DNA from: an uncultured bacterium | Lineage (GTDB): Bacteria; Bacillota_I; Bacilli_A; RFN20; CAG-826 | DNA: 64,000 nt | Direction of reading: 5' to 3' | Assembly (NCBI GenBank): GCA_949299195.1 | Contig: CASFZN010000018.1 | Span: 352,149-416,148, forward strand | Part shown: positions 60,782-64,000 of the stretch, one piece after another | How positions within the stretch are numbered: the stretch's first letter is position 1 | How the letters are laid out: each line of letters opens with the position of its first letter | Position numbers and translations under genes: made by a program | The notes under the pieces: model-generated | Told to the model about the DNA's origin: nothing | The model's database searches: none | What the model saw: the letters and a program-made list of their open reading frames with translations, nothing else

Positions 60782-62821
60782 ATGATTGAGGTTAAAAATG
60801 TAAAAAAAGTATATCCATTATCAAACAAGAACGAACTTATATTAAATAAGGTTAGTTTTCTTTTGCCAGATAAAGGTATTTATTTTATTCTTGGTAAAAG
60901 TGGAAGTGGAAAATCTACTTTATTAAACCTTATTTTAGGTATTGAAAGACCAGATGAAGGATATATAAAAATAGATGGAAGAAGAATTGATAATTTGAGC
61001 GATGAAGGTAAAGAAATGTTTTATAAAAATAAGATTTCTATATTATTCCAAAACTTCAATTTAATAAACGATCTTACTGTAAAAGAAAATTTAAATCTAA
61101 CTATTTCAATCAAAAATATGTATATTGATCTAAAGGGTGAATATATCAAAAAATTACTGATTAAATTCAAACTTATAGATAAATTAAATCAAAAAACTTA
61201 TTTACTTTCAGGCGGAGAAAAGCAAAGATTAGCCTTAATTCGTGCTTTAATTAATAATCCAAGTATTATTTTGGCTGATGAACCAACAGGAGCTTTAGAT
61301 AAAGAAAATCAAAAAATAATTTTAGATGAACTTAAAAAATTATCAGAAGATAAACTTATTTTAATTGTCACTCATAATAAAGAATTGGTTGATAAATACG
61401 GAGATGGATATTTATTAATTAAAGAAAAATCGGTAAAAATTCATAATATTGATCAAAATATTGAACTTAAAAGAACTAAAAAAGATAAAAGGAAGAAAAG
61501 GTTAAGTTTTTATTTTTCTTTACTTAAAAGAAACTTGTTTAGCAATGTTTCTAAAAATATTTTCACCGTTATTTCCTTATCTTTTACTCTTTTATTATCG
61601 TTTTTTACATTTAATTTTTACTTATCTATTAACGATATAAATGAAGGATTAATCTATGATTTTCCTTCTTATAATATTTTTAGTGTTTCAAAAGTTTATA
61701 ACACTTCTATAAATGGTTCTTCTTTATCTATAGAAAGGAAGGAAGATATAGATAGTAATGAATTTATGTCTTTTTTAAATGAAAACGAAATTGAAAGATT
61801 TTCATTATTAGAAAATTATTCCTACTTTTTAAATAATAATCGAACTATAAAAATTAACGATATTGAATTAGAAAGTGTTACATTTTTACCATCTTTTGAT
61901 GTTAAAAATGGAGAAGTGATCGTTAATGAAGCTTTTATTGATAAATATTTAATTCCTAATAATTTTCTTTTAGAAAACATCTTAAATGAAGGAATTGAAC
62001 TTAACGTATCTTCTTTTAATGAATATATTTCTTTTAGCAATATCACTAACACTGAAGTGAGCGAAAATCTGGATATAAATATCAACTTTTTAATTAAACA
62101 TGTATCTAAGGAGTTTTCATATCTTTCAACTCCTAGAGTCTATTATAGCTATGACTTTTTTGAAAGATATTTATTGGACAAAAATACGACAACCATCTCA
62201 CTTTTAGAAGGAAATAGCGTAAGTTATTTTGATTTAGTTAATCGCGCAAAAGAAAATGATTCAATAACATCTTTTTCTTCATATCTTTTACTTCATGATG
62301 AAGAAACTTATTTAAAAGTAGTAAGGCTAATAAACGAAAATACTTTTAAAAAGAATTATTTTGATTTATCAAACGATTCTTTAACTATTATCAATTCATT
62401 TAATGACATTATTAACATTTTATTTGTCGCTCTTAATTTCTTTATTGTAATTATTGCATTAACTTCGATATTTATCATATTTTCAATCACTTTTTATAAT
62501 TATTTATCTCATAAAAAAGAACGCGCAATTTTAAAAGTCTTAGGAAGTAATGAAGCTTCTATTAATCTAGTTTATATCTTTGAAGTTATCATTCTTTATC
62601 TATTATCTTTTATTATTTCATATCTGATTTATAGCAATATAAATCAAAAACTCTTTAATTTGGTCTCAAAGGAAGTAGGAATAACTCTTTTTTGTTCTCA
62701 ACATCCTTTTTTATATATACTTATATTCCTAGTTTTATTAATTATTACTTGCCTAACGACATATCTTCCTTTGAGACTATCTAAGAAAAATAAGGTTGTC
62801 AACGAGTTAAAGGAGGAATAG
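60782..62821 (+). CDS. fused ABC transporter ATP-binding / FtsX-like permease protein (MacB/YtrEF-type)
   Basis: Walker A 'GKSGSGKSTLLN', signature 'LSGGEKQRLALIRAL', Walker B 'ILADEPTGALD'; C-terminal 4 TM helices; RBS gaaaggggaaattATG. Confidence 0.75.
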   Translation: MIEVKNVKKVYPLSNKNELILNKVSFLLPDKGIYFILGKSGSGKSTLLNLILGIERPDEGYIKIDGRRIDNLSDEGKEMFYKNKISILFQNFNLINDLTVKENLNLTISIKNMYIDLKGEYIKKLLIKFKLIDKLNQKTYLLSGGEKQRLALIRALINNPSIILADEPTGALDKENQKIILDELKKLSEDKLILIVTHNKELVDKYGDGYLLIKEKSVKIHNIDQNIELKRTKKDKRKKRLSFYFSLLKRNLFSNVSKNIFTVISLSFTLLLSFFTFNFYLSINDINEGLIYDFPSYNIFSVSKVYNTSINGSSLSIERKEDIDSNEFMSFLNENEIERFSLLENYSYFLNNNRTIKINDIELESVTFLPSFDVKNGEVIVNEAFIDKYLIPNNFLLENILNEGIELNVSSFNEYISFSNITNTEVSENLDININFLIKHVSKEFSYLSTPRVYYSYDFFERYLLDKNTTTISLLEGNSVSYFDLVNRAKENDSITSFSSYLLLHDEETYLKVVRLINENTFKKNYFDLSNDSLTIINSFNDIINILFVALNFFIVIIALTSIFIIFSITFYNYLSHKKERAILKVLGSNEASINLVYIFEVIILYLLSFIISYLIYSNINQKLFNLVSKEVGITLFCSQHPFLYILIFLVLLIITCLTTYLPLRLSKKNKVVNELKEE

Positions 62822-62825
62822 TGAG

Positions 62826-64000
62826 ATGTTTAATTTGATAGATATTTCTAAAAAATATAATGAAGATATTATTTTGGATGAGGTTTCTTATTCTTTCAAA
62901 GATAAAGGATTTTATTCAATTTTAGGAGAATCCGGAAGTGGAAAGTCTACTTTATTAAATATTTTGGGATTGATTGAAACTCCTAGTGAAGGAAAAATAT
63001 ATTTTAAAAGTGAAAGAATTGATGATCTTAATGATTCAAAAAGAAGAGAATTTCGTCGCCAAAATCTAGGATTTATCTTTCAATCATTCAATCTTTTTGA
63101 TGATACAACAGTTTTTAATAACCTTGAATTACTATTAAATACCACTAAAAAAGAGGTAAGAGAAAATAAAGAAACTATCATCGATTCAGTCTTAAATAAG
63201 TTAGATATTTTGAAATTAAAATATAGTTTGGTAAAAGATTTAAGTGGTGGCGAAAAACAAAGAGTAGCTATTGCTAGAACTTTAATTACTAAATCAAAAG
63301 TTATCTTGGCAGATGAACCAAGTGGTGCGCTTGATGAAGAAAACGGTAATCAAATTTTTAAAATATTAAAAGAATTAAGTAAAAACACTCTTGTTATAGT
63401 TGTAACTCATAATGAAGAATTAGCCAAAAAATATTCTGATATTATCGTAAGAATTGAAAATAAAAAGCTAAAAGAATATGAAAATTCTGAAATTGAACTT
63501 CTTAAAAAAGAGGAAGTTAATAAAAATAGCGACAAAAACAATAAAAATAGTAAGGAAAAAACTTCTAAAAAAGATGAACTTAAAATTAAGTTTTCTTTTA
63601 AATGGAATCATTATAAAACCTTATTTAAAAGTAAAAAGATAAGAATGTTAGCCACAATTTCCTTATTTTCTATTTCTTTATTAGTAAGTGGATTAACTAT
63701 ATTTTTAAAAGATGGATTAGAGAGTTTATTATTATCAAGTTTTGAAGGAATTATTGGTGAAAATTCTTTAATTTTAAAAAGAAAAGAAGATGATTCCGCA
63801 ATTCTTTCTTATTATTCTGCATCTAAAAATGATGTAGAAACTTTAATGAAAAATCATAGTGAAAATATCGATTATATTGGGTGTTCTTATTTAAATAATC
63901 TTGAAGATTATTTTCCTGATCAAAATGAGGTTGAATTAAATTTTCCATATCATTCATCACTAACTTTAAAAGATTATAAAGCTACAGTTTTTAACGAATT
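62826..64000 (+). CDS. second fused ABC ATP-binding/permease protein (3' end outside window)
   Basis: RBS aaaggaggaatagtgagATG; 'GESGSGKSTLLN', 'LSGGEKQRVAIARTL', 'ILADEPSGALD'; open to window end. Confidence 0.75.
   Translation, partial: MFNLIDISKKYNEDIILDEVSYSFKDKGFYSILGESGSGKSTLLNILGLIETPSEGKIYFKSERIDDLNDSKRREFRRQNLGFIFQSFNLFDDTTVFNNLELLLNTTKKEVRENKETIIDSVLNKLDILKLKYSLVKDLSGGEKQRVAIARTLITKSKVILADEPSGALDEENGNQIFKILKELSKNTLVIVVTHNEELAKKYSDIIVRIENKKLKEYENSEIELLKKEEVNKNSDKNNKNSKEKTSKKDELKIKFSFKWNHYKTLFKSKKIRMLATISLFSISLLVSGLTIFLKDGLESLLLSSFEGIIGENSLILKRKEDDSAILSYYSASKNDVETLMKNHSENIDYIGCSYLNNLEDYFPDQNEVELNFPYHSSLTLKDYKATVFNE

Overview
Low-GC (about 27-28% GC) genomic window from a bacterium using the standard genetic code. 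Essential genes (rplM, gatA, gatB, ligA, asnS) have normal lengths with TGA read as stop, so Mycoplasma-type code 4 is rejected. Gene content suggests an Acholeplasma/Anaeroplasma- or Erysipelotrichia-like Firmicute/Tenericute.

Housekeeping genes recognised from motifs: galU (5'-truncated), rplM-rpsI, addB/rexB-addA/rexA, a tRNA cluster (Ile-GAT, Val-CAC, Thr-TGT) and tRNA-Lys(CTT), maa, pcp, a PHP phosphoesterase, nrdG-nrdD (class III RNR), ung, a TPP riboswitch controlling a ThiT-like transporter, tsaE-tsaB-rimI-tsaD, asnS, pcrA-ligA, gatCAB, pepC, an SDR, and two tandem fused ABC ATPase/FtsX permeases.

The most system-like accessory region is 43.6-50.5 kb. A frameshifted pcrA paralog is followed by a sipW-type signal peptidase with two TasA/camelysin-like proteins carrying 'GTGFxAW(H/Y)FG' N-termini and a 923-aa secreted protein, then a DUF4143 AAA ATPase, and then the intact pcrA-ligA. 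A G10 tract sits in the putative promoter of this island.

Other notable items:
- a Sel1-repeat gene cut by an in-frame TAA (18287)
- an NrdD with a C-terminal glutaredoxin-like CxxC domain
- a 225-bp MITE-like element with perfect 16-bp terminal inverted repeats
- a recurring palindromic terminator AAAAGTTTCCACGTGGAAACTTTT (6 copies)
- two 14-bp palindromes between DUF4143 and pcrA
- two single-base homopolymer frameshifts (ALDH, pcrA-1) that could be real pseudogenes or sequencing errors

No rRNA, CRISPR array or transposase was found.
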